Of a DNA stretch of 64,000 nucleotides, positions 37,926 to 50,637 are shown piece after piece. The notes beneath the pieces are model-generated. The model did not search any database. It was not told the origin of the DNA and was given only the letters and a program-made list of their open reading frames with translations. The stretch is from Octopus sinensis (Eukaryota): NCBI RefSeq assembly GCF_006345805.1, contig NC_043015.1:27900001-27964000 (forward strand), written 5' to 3'. Numbering within the stretch: the stretch's first letter is position 1; every line of letters starts with the position of its first letter. The position numbers and the translations under genes are program-made.

Positions 37926-38407
37926 ATCATAGCACCGAATTCTTAGCATTTTGTACATAGTAGTTAACTGGTAAAACATATATTGTATAACGCATTCAAC
38001 AAGGAAATATATAGACTGTAATATAATCTAGAATGAAGAAATAAAGCATATTTCTTTCCATTAGTCAGTGCTCACCTTGAGTGAAGGAGAGATTGCACAG
38101 CCAAAACCTTCCAGCCAGAGTCATAGTTTAAATTCCAAAATGAAGGATATTGAATGACTGAGATAGTAGAAGTGCTTTTAATAGGGTTTTAATAGACAAC
38201 ACAGTCACAATGGTTGGCAGAAAGTCATGTGATAAAACAAAGGTGAGCAACATTTAGTCCTACCAACAAGCTATGAGTGGAAAATGTAAAGCTTGAGTCA
38301 ACACTGGCTCCATTTGATTTTGCATGAATGGATCATAAGGGATCAAAATGTGAAAAAGGAATTGCATCATTTGATTATAGAGGGTAGAAATTAATTAGCT
38401 TTATCAT

Positions 38408-38895
38408 TCATCATCATCATCATCATCATCATCGTTTAACGTCCGTTTTCCATGCTAGCATGGGTTGGATGGTTCAACTGGGGTCTGGGAAGCCAGAAGG
38501 CTGCACCAGGCTCCAGTCTGATCTGGCAGTGTTTCTACAACTGGATGCCCTTCCTAACGCCAACCACTCCGTGAGTGTAGTGGGCGCTTTTTACGCGCCA
38601 CCGGCACAGGTGCCAGGGGAGACTGGCAGTGGCCACGATCGGTTGGTGCTTTTAACGTGCCACCGGCACGGGGGCCAGGGGAGACTGGCAGTGGCCACGA
38701 TTGGTTGGTGCTTTTAACATGCCACCGGCACGGGGGCCAGACGAGTCTGGCAATGGCCACAATCGGGTGGTGCTTTTTACATGCCACCAGCACGGAGGCC
38801 AGTCGGGGCGGCGCTGGCAACGGCCACGTTCGGATGGTTCTCTTACGTGCCACTGGCACTGGTATCACAGCTACAATTTCCATTGATGTTGATTG
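38408..38895 (-). mobile_element. RTE LINE 3' UTR fragment with five ~62-bp modules
   Basis: Modules begin at about 38596, 38658, 38720, 38781 and 38848. Confidence 0.9.
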
Positions 38896-39706
38896 ATTTA
38901 TATCTAGGGATATGACAAAGGCAGATGTCTGTAAACTAATTAAGTAATGATATTTCAATATGAAATTCTATCATGGCTGAATAAAAATAATTGTCAAAAT
39001 AAATTCTCAAGTTCACCTCTTAGAAGAAGTACTGGAATGACACAAGAAAGTAACAGAAGACAAGAAATATTACAGAGGATGGAAGCAATCAATAGCAAAT
39101 ATATAGAAAGATATTTAAGTGACATTTATGGTTATCTGGTGTAGCTAAACTTGGATTAGGGAAAAAAATATATCTTTTCTTTGAAAAGTCTGTCACTTAA
39201 CAACTAGAAAAATCATCTTAAAAAAAATTGTTTTAACAAGTCAGAACTAATTACGAAGACATCATAACAGCTATTTCTTTTTTTTTTCCGAGTTTAAATG
39301 AGGGAGGAAAAGAGGGGGAAAAAAGAAAAGTAGAATGGTGAGAGAAATTACGAAAATTTCTATTATCATATTTTTATACAAATATTTTTGGATGATAGAG
39401 TTTATCAAGTGTGGGAGAAGAAAAAAACAAAAAAAAAAACAACCTATTTCTGTGGCTGTTTGAAGAAAGAAAAGTAATAGCAGATATTTTCGAACGTATT
39501 CATTGTTCTGAAGTTACTTATTCCTCTGAGATTAAGAGAAATTATATTGAAGTAATTTTACAACACCGTTACCTATTTTGGGTGAGTGTAGTGCAGTGCA
39601 CGGGAGTGTTTTAGTGAATATATTTATTTGTTTATGGGAGACAACACTTAAGGCGACCATGCCACAGTCAATAACAATCTAATACCATTTACACGAGATA
39701 TATTGA

Positions 39707-40068
39707 GATATATATAAATGGCAAAATGTCTGTGTGTGTGTGTCCTTTATACAAATCCACAAATTTTCAGTTAGAGGGCTCGCACTTTCTATGGTCATTC
39801 AAAACTGTCCAAGGGTGGTCGTACACATCTTTACATTTCCCCAGTCACCCCACAACGCCATTAAAAAATCAATAGAAGTGACTTTTTTGTGAATTTTCTA
39901 TCAAAAACCCAATCAAAATGCCCGAAACTTGATACGCCAATTGAATGCCAGCTAGCTGTATGTGATTGGTCGGAGATTTGGACAGTACTTGCATGTATGT
40001 GTGCATGCACGCAGCTGTATATGCATGCACTAGCACTATGACCAGGCGTTGCCAGGTCATAGTGCTAG
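39707..40068 (+). mobile_element. Non-autonomous Helitron-like element with palindromic 3' end
   Basis: Homologous to 52374-52742; ends with a 41-bp inverted repeat terminating CTAG|T. Confidence 0.75.
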
Positions 40069-40231
40069 TTTGTTATATATGTAAGGATATAAATGTGCAA
40101 TGAGTGGAATAATGAACTGAGATTGGTCATAAGTAAAGTAAATCTGGATAAACCAGTTGAATCTAAGTGAATGAGGGAAACAATTAGGTATTTGAGGTGT
40201 TTGACATTGTCAAGGAAAAAGAAACTATTAA

Positions 40232-40450
40232 CCCTTTAGTATTTAAACTGGCCATATCCGGCCAAAATAGTTAATCTGTTTTACGTTCAAACTGACCAGA
40301 TCCAGGCTCTCACACCTACCCTACAATGTTATTCCACATTAAGTAATTACACCATCAAGATCTTGAAGATATGAGATAATGCATGATTAATTCAAATCAA
40401 TGGGAATCAATAAGCATTATGTTTGATAGAATAATCAGAACACTAAAGGG
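40232..40450. mobile_element. piggyBac-type MITE family 2 (opposite orientation to 33947)
   Basis: TTAA flanks; ccctttagt/actaaaggg TIR. Confidence 0.85.
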
Positions 40451-40830
40451 TTAAACATGATTAGAACAAAGTGGAAGTATTTTGCAAGTTGTTGTTTAGT
40501 CCCAGGTGTATTTTAATTAAGCAGATCCATGAATAAAAGGCATCCAAGATCACTCCAGCTTTTTTTTTTTTTTCCCATTTTTGTAGGACCTCTGTCAGTC
40601 AATGTTAACCATGCATCTGTCCGTATATGTGCAAGCAGGGGCAAGATTTTTTTTTTTTTGAGCAAGGCTAGCAGTCACCCCCATGCTTGCAAATCTCTCT
40701 TCTTCACACCACTGGCGCTTACTTAAGACAACGGCCACTGACATGGACTGATGCAGCTTGTCACCAGTGTTGTCACAGGCATTGCTATCAAAATGCAAGG
40801 AGCCAGAACAAATACTTGCCCGGCCCTCTA

Positions 40831-40962
40831 AAAGTTTTGCCAATCCACTGCCCTGAATAAATATTTTTATAACTGACCCCAAAAGGATGGAAGTCAAAAG
40901 TTTTGCCAATCCACTGCCCTGAATAAATATTTTTATAACTGACCCCAAAAGGATGGAAGTCA
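40831..40962 (+). repeat. Local 66-bp tandem duplication in a degenerate SINE-B-like fragment
   Basis: aaagttttgccaatcc...ggatggaagtca occurs twice, identical. Confidence 0.9.
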
Positions 40963-42779
40963 AAAGTTGATCTCAGCAAGATTTCAACTCAGAATGCAGG
41001 CAATCAGAACAACAACTGCAAATCATTTTATCCAACACTTTAGTGACTCAGCCAATCTGATCTACTTTTTTTTTTTATTTTTAAGGCATGTGGGACCACG
41101 TTATCTGATGTGTCCTTTTTAAATAGTTGAGTGTGATTTGAAAGAAATTTGACAGTAGCTGTCAAATTTCTTTCAAAGCTTGGGGCTATAGTAGAACTAG
41201 CCCAAGGTGCCATGCAATGGGACGGAACCTGAAGCCATGTGGTTGGGAAACAAGCTTCTTATCACACGGCCATGCCTGCTCCTCATAAATTTCATACATG
41301 ATAAAGCAGACAGCTACCGACACATGGAAATTATAGATGTATCTCTAAGCCTGATTCGATTTCACATCAGCTGGACAGACAGTGCAGAAAATTCTCATGG
41401 CAAAGCAGACAGATGTAGTTTGAGAAGTTTGGTTTTTTGTGAGTGACGAAGGATAAGTACCAAAAAGCAGTTGCAGAGGAAGAGATTGTTTTGAAGACAT
41501 GTCAAACAGGAACAAAAAGCAAAGCAAAAGATGTTAAACCACTTATAGTGGCCCATGATGACATTGTAAGTAAACAAGGGAAGCCAAACTCGAAATACCT
41601 TTGTTCTATTTGTTTGATAAGAAATTTAATTTGAGATTCTGTATTGAAACTAAGAGCTTCACTGCGACAGAATAATTTAATACACACACAGAAGTACACA
41701 TGATCTTACATTTACTTCTTGCATTATATATTTCAATAAAATGGAATAGAATATTATGCAAATAGCCTGTAAATGCATCATGAAAGAATTTAATACTTAA
41801 TAATTTTCAAAAAGAAAAAAACAAAAAACAAAACAAAAAAAAAAACAATAATGTAATAGAACAGTAAATCTATGTTTTAAATAGCTAATATGGCTACTAA
41901 GATGGATCTTGAAACCACCAGAATATACCACTAATTCAATAGCTTTCAAAACATACTATACCAGAATCTCTTTTGCTCTCTCTTTATACATAAATATATG
42001 TGGACACCTATAAATGCATTTATATGCACGAGAGAGAGAGAGAGATAGAGAGAAAGAGAGAGAGAGAATATGCTTTATTTATTCCATTAAAACCATATTT
42101 GAATATGGTACCTTCTTAAAAGAACTGGTTTCCTTGTTTCATGAGCTAGAGCAATAAATATTGGCTTTCTTTCTGTAGTAGGTATTGGCTTTCTTTCTGA
42201 GAGCCGGGGCATTAATACGGCTAACACAATCTGACACGAACTGATCTAATCAACCCATTTACTTTACTTTGGAGAGAAAACTGCCACCACCACCAAAAAA
42301 AAAAAAATAAAGAATAAATAAAAGACAAGGCATTGCAAATATGAAAATCTTGAAAAAAAAAAGAAAAGAAAAAGTATAGTTTCAATGCCTTATATTTTGG
42401 ATACATAAAACAACCAAAATTTTGATAGAAAAAAGGCATCATATTGAAAGAAAAATCTTATGAAAAAACAAAATAGAGAATATATACTTTTTAATGATGT
42501 AAGTAGCTGAAATACTGAGTAAACGGAACATGGTATAGAAGTGAATATAGTTTATTGTAAAGAAAATATTTCCATAATGGAATAAATGGAACCAGTCAAT
42601 AAATACTTAAGTTGCTTAACATTAACTTTTCAACACAGGATTGAATGAAGAATATATATTGGATTACTAGCTTAACATTGTGGAGTTGCAAGTGTTTTGT
42701 AATGTCTGTGAGTAGATGGCATCAGCTCACACATATGTGTGGGGGAAAATAGGTATCTGATCTTTTGGGAATAGTATAC

Positions 42780-42862
42780 CTGTGAACCAGCTTTCATTTT
42801 GCTCAATTAACTTAATGATACTGAAACAAGAATCGAGCATTGACTTCCTGAGCCCGTATAAC
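42780..42862 (-). CDS. Candidate exon (LYGLRKSMLDSCFSIIKLIEQNESWFT)
   Basis: Acceptor atttgtctatgcag; donor CAG|gtatac; only one frame open to this donor; phase 2-1 matches the 27174 acceptor. Confidence 0.5.
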
Positions 42863-43455
42863 CTGCATAGACAAATATAATCTTCTCCTAAGACCTTTTA
42901 GTGGAACGGCGCTAAGTCTAACACAGTAAGACTATAAGAAGTGCAAAAAGAATAGAAAAAAAACATCAACCTTCCATTCTAAGATATATGAAGAAATTTA
43001 AGAAGCAAAACTTTCCTGAATAATTCATTTGGTAGGAAACTGAGGATAAAGATTATGTAATTACTGATACTTTTTTTCTCTCCTTTTACTTGTTTCAGTC
43101 AGTGGCCATGCTGGGGCACCGCTGTGAAGTGGTTAATCAAACAAATCGACCCCAGTACTTATATTGAAGTCTGGTACTTATTCTATTGCTCTCTTTTGCT
43201 GGACCGCTAAGTTACAGGGGTGTAAACAAACTGATACCAGTTGTCAACTAGTGGAGGAGGAAACACAGACACACACAATAGGTTTCCATACAGTTTCTGT
43301 CTACCAAATTCACTGATAAGAATTATTCTTGATGTTAAGAAAAAAAAAAAGAAAAAACAATACAGAAAATGAGTCAAATAGGAAGTCTTAAGGTCACCTG
43401 ACCTACAAGAAATAGCAACCAAATTTCTTTCAATCTGAAATATTTTTATCATTAA

Positions 43456-43676
43456 CCCTTTCATTACCGTATTTATTTTGAGATGCTCTGTGTTTCTTTC
43501 AATTGTTTTAAATATAACAAAGAATTTAGTAAAATAACTTTGTTACCATTAAGCCAGTGTTAGGAACATAAATTTTAACTAAGATTTGGTGGAAGATTTG
43601 AATTCAAAACTTATGAAAACAAGACATTTATACTAAAGAGTCAGAGCCGGTTTCAGCCGGGTTGGTAATGAAAGGG
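43456..43676. mobile_element. piggyBac-type MITE family 1 (221 bp)
   Basis: TTAA flanks; perfect TIR ccctttcattac/gtaatgaaaggg. Confidence 0.9.
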
Positions 43677-44891
43677 TTAAGCTCCTAATCAGAGCTGATC
43701 AGGGGCTAAACAACATCACTACTCAGTTAAGCGATTTTAGGATATGTTACAATACAAACTGAACTGAATTAAAAGACCAGACCTTGAATGTATTTTTCCA
43801 GATTCCTGTGATGACTTAGTATATAAATTGTGGTGCACCTGAGCACTGTATACAATAATTTCATTATTATTATTATTATTATTTTAATACAAATTGGTGA
43901 AGATATTGACATTAGCACATTGCTGTCCTATAAGAAAGCTGTTTGATGAATATAAGTGCTGAAACCTAATGAGTGAAAATAAATTCTAAGTGTTCAATCT
44001 ACAGAAAATCTACATAAATGAAAATATAGCACCTAAGCTAAACTAGAAAATATACCTACATAAAAAGAAAGAAAAAATGTGCAAGTAAGCACTTAAGACG
44101 AGATCAATACATTTTGGTTAGGACAAGAAATATTACTAAGTTACCAGTTTTGGTTTGAAATATTCTAATCTAACTTTTTTTTTCTCTCTAAATAATAAAA
44201 TATAACATAAGATGTGTATTTTAACTCTTAAAAAAAAGTTTTACAAGGCGTTCTGAAGATTGAAGCTTGCAGTGGTAACAAACTGTTCTCTTCCCAGGTC
44301 CACAGGTTCTTTTCCCTTGGGAAAGTGGTCTGTGGATGTTGTCTGCGAGTAGATTATAATAAAACTAATTTATTTTTAATAAATGGCTTTTTCTAAAAAA
44401 TATAAAGATGCTGGTTAATGTTATGTGATAGAATGATATTCAAATTATATATCAGAAAAGTTGTACTGATTATGAAGATGTCATACCAAGGTATGATAAA
44501 TTTCAGTAGTTAGTGTGTGGTTAAAATTCTAAAATCACAGCCTTTTTTTTTTGTTTTTCATGTACTGGTTTCGCCTGGAAAAACTGGCTGTGCTCATTGT
44601 CTTATGGGTACTCCTTTTGGGCTGGTAAAATAAAGTACCAGTGAAGTACTGAGATCACTGTAACACACGCTCTCCCCTTGAAATTGCGGGCTTTGTGTCA
44701 AAATTAGAAAGAATTATTTGTAATACAGAACTGCTTCTTTGGTTCACAAATATTCAGTCAATATTTCCATAAGATAATTTTTCAAGTCAAGAAATCAAAG
44801 ACAACTCATCCCTTTATTGCTATTCCAAGTACCTGACCATTACTAGCCTTATTCAGCTTTGTCATTAACATATTTTCAAGGGTCTAACTAC

Positions 44892-45313
44892 CTCTCTTTA
44901 CTCTTTTCTCTTTTACTTGTTTCAGTCATTTGACTGCGGCCATGCTGGAGCACCGCCTTTAGTCGAGCAAATCGACCCCGGGACTTATTCTTTGTAAGCC
45001 CAGTACTTATTCTATCGGTCTCTTTTGCCAAACCGCTAAGTGACGGGGACGTAAACACACCAGCATCGGTTGTCAAGCAATGCTAGGGGGACAAACACAG
45101 ACACACAAACACACACACATATATATATATATACATACATACATATATATGACGGGCTTCTTTCAGTTTCCGTCTACCAAATCCACTCACAAGGCATTGG
45201 TTGGCCCGGGGCTATAGCAGAAGACACTTGCCCAAGATGCCACGCAGTGGGACTGAACCCGGAACTATGTGGTTGGTTAGCAAGCTACTTACCACACAGC
45301 CACTCCTGCGCCT
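44892..45313 (-). mobile_element. SINE-A full-length copy
   Basis: Consensus match, low divergence. Confidence 0.95.
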
Positions 45314-45519
45314 GTTGCTCTTAAAAATTTTTTTTTTTAGGAGTCTTATTTTAGAGTTAGACAAGTACAGCTATGCAGTTTAGAAGTTTGTTTCCCAAAC
45401 ACATTGAGCTGACCAAAGCCTCGTTAAATGAATTTGGTTAGCAGAAACTAAAAGCAACTCCTCAATTGTGTGAGCATGCGTCCCCTTGTCTTGACATTAC
45501 ATGATTGTAGTAGTGTCGA

Positions 45520-45752
45520 AGGCGGCGAGCTGGCAGAAACATTAGCACGCTGGGCGAAATGCGTAGCCGTATTTCGTCTGTCATTACGTTCCGAGTTCAA
45601 ATTCCGCCGAGGTCAACTTTGCCTTTCATCCTTTCGGGGTTGATAAATTAAGTACCAATTACGCACTGGGGTCGATGTAATCGACTTAATTCCTTTGTCT
45701 GTCCTTGTTTGTCCCCTCTGTGTTTAGCCCCTTGTGGGTAGTAAAAAAGAAA
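45520..45752 (+). mobile_element. SINE-B monomer with ~15-bp TSD, nested in an older SINE (~45360-45950)
   Basis: gat(t/c)gtagtagtgtc at 45503-45517 and 45753-45767. Confidence 0.92.
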
Positions 45753-46021
45753 GATCGTAGTAGTGTCATTCATTTCTAATATTGTGTGAAAATATGTCTG
45801 GCCATGATGAAATGTAACTTGGCTTGGAAACAGATATGGGTTGGCGACAGGAAGGGCTTTTGGCTGTAGATCTGTCTCAACAGACACTGCCTGGCCCATG
45901 CAAGCATGGAAATGTGGGTTCTGAAACAATGATAATGATGACGATGACAACTAACTGTATTTACAGTAAAGTAGTAGTTACCTCATTTCTTCCAGACCCA
46001 ATGTTATTTTAATATAATACC

Positions 46022-46425
46022 TATTTCTTTATTACCCACAAGGAGCTAAACATAGAGGGGACAAACAAGGACAGACATAGGTATTAAGTTGATTACATCG
46101 ACCCCAGTGCATAACTGGTACTTAACTTATCGACCCCGAAAGGATGAAAGGCAAAGTTAACCGTGACAGAATTTGAACTCACAACGTAACGGCAGACGAA
46201 ATGCCTATTTCTTTTCTACCCACAAGGGGCTAAACACAGAGAGGACAAACACACGGATTAAGTCAATTATATCGACCCCAGTGCGTAACTGGTACTTATT
46301 TAATTGACCCCGAAAGGATGAAAGGTAAAGTCGACCTCGGCGGAATTTGAACTCAGAACGTAACAGCAGACGAAATACCGGTAAGCATTTCGCCATGCGT
46401 GCTAACGTTTTGCCAGCTCGCCACC
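46022..46425 (-). mobile_element. SINE-B with two body units inside one 16-bp TSD
   Basis: attttaatataatacc at 46006-46021 and 46426-46441. Confidence 0.92.
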
Positions 46426-46449
46426 ATTTTAATATAATACCAAACTACC

Positions 46450-47310
46450 AATAGGCCGACCTTGGTGCTGATTAGGTTGTTACAGTAACAACATCTAACT
46501 ATACTAAATGAACCATCACAGCAGTTCACAGCCTTCAAACCATGGCTGCCGTCCCTATTGGTTGCACCAGTAGTATATTTAATGAACTTAAACTGATGAT
46601 TCACTGTTGCTAGCTTCCTCATCTTGTTTTCATTGATTGCATGGTCTACATCATAGTATTGAGTGTCTATTGACTTTTTTTTACTACATTCTCTTCATGA
46701 CCAATTACCAGTAGTTTTTCAAGTGTGGTATAAAAGTGATAATATCTATTATTCAACCAATACTTAACTGATAACCATGTTGACTTTCAGTTTTCATAAC
46801 CAGCATCCATATTCTCCTGCAATGCTAATATTGATTCAGTGATAAAAACTAAGCCATCTTCTAGGTTCTTCCAGCAGCCTAGATTCAGCTATTACGACAT
46901 TAAGGACTATAGAAGTGAGAAGGGCGTTCAAAACAATTTTCTCAACATTTTCATTTCATCTTTCTCACCATCATGTTTTAACACACTCGTCTATACTGAG
47001 AAGTGTCCACGAAACAGAATTTCTCTTAGCATTTTCTGTTATGTGAGCTTATTTTCTTCAATTCTAACTTAATTACATTTCCTGAGCTCTTCCTCAAAAT
47101 GTGCTGCAGTTTTGGTGAAGGTGCCAAATCCAAAAGTAATTCCTTTTCCTTTCTATTCTCCCTTAACATTTTACATGCACTACTCATAAGTCAACATTTT
47201 CCTCTCTTCGTGTGCCATGGCTACAGGAATTGGCCATTATGCCAAAGCCTGAAGATTCATGATTTTTTCAAGAGAAACATATGGCAATGGTTTCCCATAG
47301 TCTTCTGCTG
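46450..47310 (-). pseudogene. Highly decayed RTE-type reverse transcriptase fragment
   Basis: Broken frames give EKYIP..YVSLEK, LLTSIVL, DGLVFITES (cf. DDLALIAES) and LKVNM in RT motif order. Confidence 0.5.
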
Positions 47311-47582
47311 GTATATATTTTTCAATTTACTGTTAGTCTCCTGCTCTCCTGAGCTTACTTTTGAGGTGCAGACCAATTTAATCCTTAGGCAGAGAGACTG
47401 GTTCACATGACAGGTGACATTCACATGCAAGTGGGTGTGTGTGACATATCAAGAGGACAACCGTCCACCAAGTCCTGTCTGTATGTCTTAGCCACACAAC
47501 CATCTTCTGCTACTTGACCGCACTTGATTGAAAATTTTGAAATCATTGCATTACATATGTAAGATGGAGCTCCCTAATTTAC

Positions 47583-47630
47583 AATCTTGATTGAATGAAG
47601 CAATCAAAATTGCCATGTGGACCTTTAAAT
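47583..47630 (-). CDS. Candidate exon (FKGPHGNFDCFIQSR)
   Basis: Acceptor aatttatgttctacag; donor TT|gtaaat; 48 nt; phase 2-2 is compatible with the 42862 acceptor; a second frame is also open. Confidence 0.3.
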
Positions 47631-48216
47631 CTGTAGAACATAAATTTTATCTTTTAACCACTGGTCTTAAAGAATTAAGTGACCTCATATCTTGAACGGT
47701 ATTTTGAAAACAGCAATGAAATAATTTTGTAAACTGATAATAATAATAATAACAACAACAAAAATTTCTAGTGGTATTCTCTTATTTACATTTGCATAAC
47801 ATCTAATATTAAAATGAAATGAATTGAACTGAAATATGAGAAAAGTAAATTTATTTTGAATCCAATATGCAAAATAACTGGAAGGCATAAATTTCCCAAA
47901 TATAAGAAAATCAATAGAGACTTCATAACTAATCAAAAGCAACTGTCGTACAGAACCGATGAATTCAGTATTAACTGAAATATTGTTTATTTTGTTCTGT
48001 GTACACAAAAAAATTTCAATCTAGATTGTTTTAAACATTTAAAAGAGAATGTTTTTCTAGGATGTCTTCAAATAATATTCTTGAATTTATGTTTAAAGGT
48101 TTTTGTATCATATCAAAGAATTACAATGCAAAAATCTATAAAATTTCGAACATTAATGTAAGAGAGTTGAGAAATATGTAAACAAGGTATCTCAAAGTGA
48201 ATTCAGCTTTTAATAA

Positions 48217-48729
48217 TCTATATATATAAAACTGTAGTTGTGTGAGTGTCTGTCCCCTTCGATTTAGATTCCTAACTACTCCCACATTTTGCGGTGCAGT
48301 TTAACCAAATTCGGGTATCTTATAGTCGTGATTCATATCGAGCCCGTCTGAGTATTAGCGCGCGTCTACGATGAGTCTACGATTTAAAAAATAATTTAAC
48401 ATCATTTTTTATTCCATTTTAATGCATAATTTTTCGTGTGTCGATGGCGGCGGAGTTGGTGTCCACGGTCACACTTGCACCTGTTTGCTTCTCCCCCTTC
48501 TTCCCTCCCTCGTGAAGCTGTGGGGAAGGGAGTGTAAGGAAATCAACGTCGTAATGCGTTGTCAAGGAGACCAGCGTTCTTTTAGAACAACGACTTCATG
48601 GCTTGAAGACACCAAAACAGAAATGGCTAAGAAAGCCCGAATTGGCATCTATAAGGGAAGTAACTCTCTAAAAATGCTTATATAGTTATTTCCCTTACAA
48701 ACCCGAGCAACGCTGGGCGATACTGCTAG
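48217..48729 (+). mobile_element. Non-autonomous Helitron-like element
   Basis: A|TCtatatatataaaa start; cccgagcaacgctggg hairpin; CTAG|T end; last ~70 bp shared with 18606-18993. Confidence 0.8.
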
Positions 48730-48984
48730 TTATATATAATCCATTGGTTTAAAAACCCATGGATGGAAAAAAACCCCAAAAAGGTAGAAAGCTATCTATG
48801 AGACTTGAACCATGTATCTTCCGCAACCCAGACAGATGCGCTACAAATTACATTAAAGCTACTTTCCAGCTTTCATCCAACTGAATTAGATACTTTGATC
48901 TTACAAGTGAGACAATGAGTCTGTTTACATTTGGGACATAGATGTAGAATTATTAAGAAATAGGTAAATAAGTCTTTATATATG

Positions 48985-49152
48985 ATGTAGGAGGGGCTGT
49001 GTGGTAAGTAGCTTGCTTACCAACCACATGGTTCCGGGTTCAGTCTCACTGCGTGGCACCCTGGGCAAGTGTCTTCTACTATAGCTTTGGGCCAACCAAA
49101 GCCTTGTGAGTGGATTTGGTAGACGGAAACTGAAAGAAGCCCGTCGTGTATA

Positions 49153-49189
<37 letters not shown>

Positions 49190-49535
49190 GTCCAACCCAT
49201 GCTAGCATGGAGAACGGACGTTAAACGATGATGATGATGATATGTATTTAAAAAAATTTTTTTTATTTATCTAGTTTCAGCTCACTAGCTGTGGCCATGC
49301 TGGGGCACTGCCATTTGCTGCATGTGTGTGTGTATATGTTCGTGTGTCTGCGTTTGTCCCCCCAACATCGCTTGACAACCGATGCTGGTGTGTTTACGTC
49401 CCCATAACTTAGCGGTTCGGCAAAAGAGACCGATAGAATAAGTACTAGGCTTACAAAGAATAAGTTCTGGAATTGATTTGCTCGACTAAAGGTGGTGCTC
49501 CAGCATGGCCACAGTCACATGACTAAAACAAGTAA
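48985..49535 (+). mobile_element. SINE-A split by an RTE 3' end (+, ~49188-49240) and a CR1/L2 3' end (-, ~49255-49315)
   Basis: SINE halves are in register on either side of two foreign LINE tails in the microsatellite linker. Confidence 0.85.
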
Positions 49536-49554
49536 AAAAAAAAAAAGTAAAAAA

Positions 49555-49740
49555 GTATGTCTCTTCAGCGAGATAGAGACTGGAAGTAGGCCTCATGGGT
49601 GTCCAAAATTTTGTTTCCATGATCATCTCCAGCAGTCTATCTTCTTACATGGTATCCCTCCCAATTGGTTGAAGCCCCTGGTTGTTAATCAGAAGGCATT
49701 GGGGATCCGTGTGTGATGCTGGAGTGAAACACTTTGAAAC
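49555..49740 (+). pseudogene. Decayed RTE-like LINE ORF2 C-terminal fragment
   Basis: LFSEIETGSRPHGCPKFCFHDHLQQS resembles the G.R..GRPK.R..D..K C-terminal motif. Confidence 0.55.
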
Positions 49741-50637
49741 CAAATGTAAGAGACAAAATGAAGAGAGGAGGTGACATCATTAACCCCCTGTGACTTTAGT
49801 TTGGGGTCACTTTCAGTGCCCTCAGTGCCAGAGGATCTGCTTAACTTGAATCAGTCTTGTTAGCCACGTTCACTCCCATGAGAAATAATGTGCTGGACGT
49901 GGACGAGGATGAATGTCATCACTTTTCATGGGCTGTCACAAGTAATAAGCAAGCAAGGAATATCAAAGTAAGTCCAGTCATAAATAATCATCATCATCAA
50001 TTCATGTTTTGTGTCCTAGAACTCAGAGGGCCAGTTGCCTGGTTTCTGTAGTGTATAAATAAGCGAGATCACAACATTGACCCTCACGCAACACACTGCC
50101 TGTTCTGGAAATTGAAACCACAATCTTATGATCACAAGAGCAACACTCTAATCCTTAAGCCACACACCTTCACCTATTTTATATCCTAACAATTATTAAA
50201 TTCTATTGATGATGATGATGAGCCTTATATACCAGAAAGTAAATGGAGCTGGAATAAAAGCAAATACGCACCAGTTAGAGTCTGGAAGCGTAATTAAGAG
50301 AAATTATACAATTTTCTCCATTCATTTCTAATATCTTATTTAATCTTCGATAACCTTGATATACTGATAAAGATAAGTGTGCAAAGCAGAGTAATTGAAC
50401 TTGAGAACATCCATCTAATAAACCTCGGAAATACATTTAAAAATCAATACAGGCATTACTGTTATTTGACTCAATATGTTGCATGTACATAACTGTTTTC
50501 TAATATGTTAGAAATATTAATACAGTGCAATAAAAGATCTTAAATAGTCGACAATGTCATTGAAAAATTACATTTCTGTTAATTGTAAAATTTAATTTAA
50601 TATTTAACTGATTTTTATTACTACTATCTTTTTTTTC

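Noticed and set aside
47685-48008. 107-aa minus-strand ORF
   Set aside because: AT-rich F/I/N-biased composition, no recognisable motif, no convincing donor.
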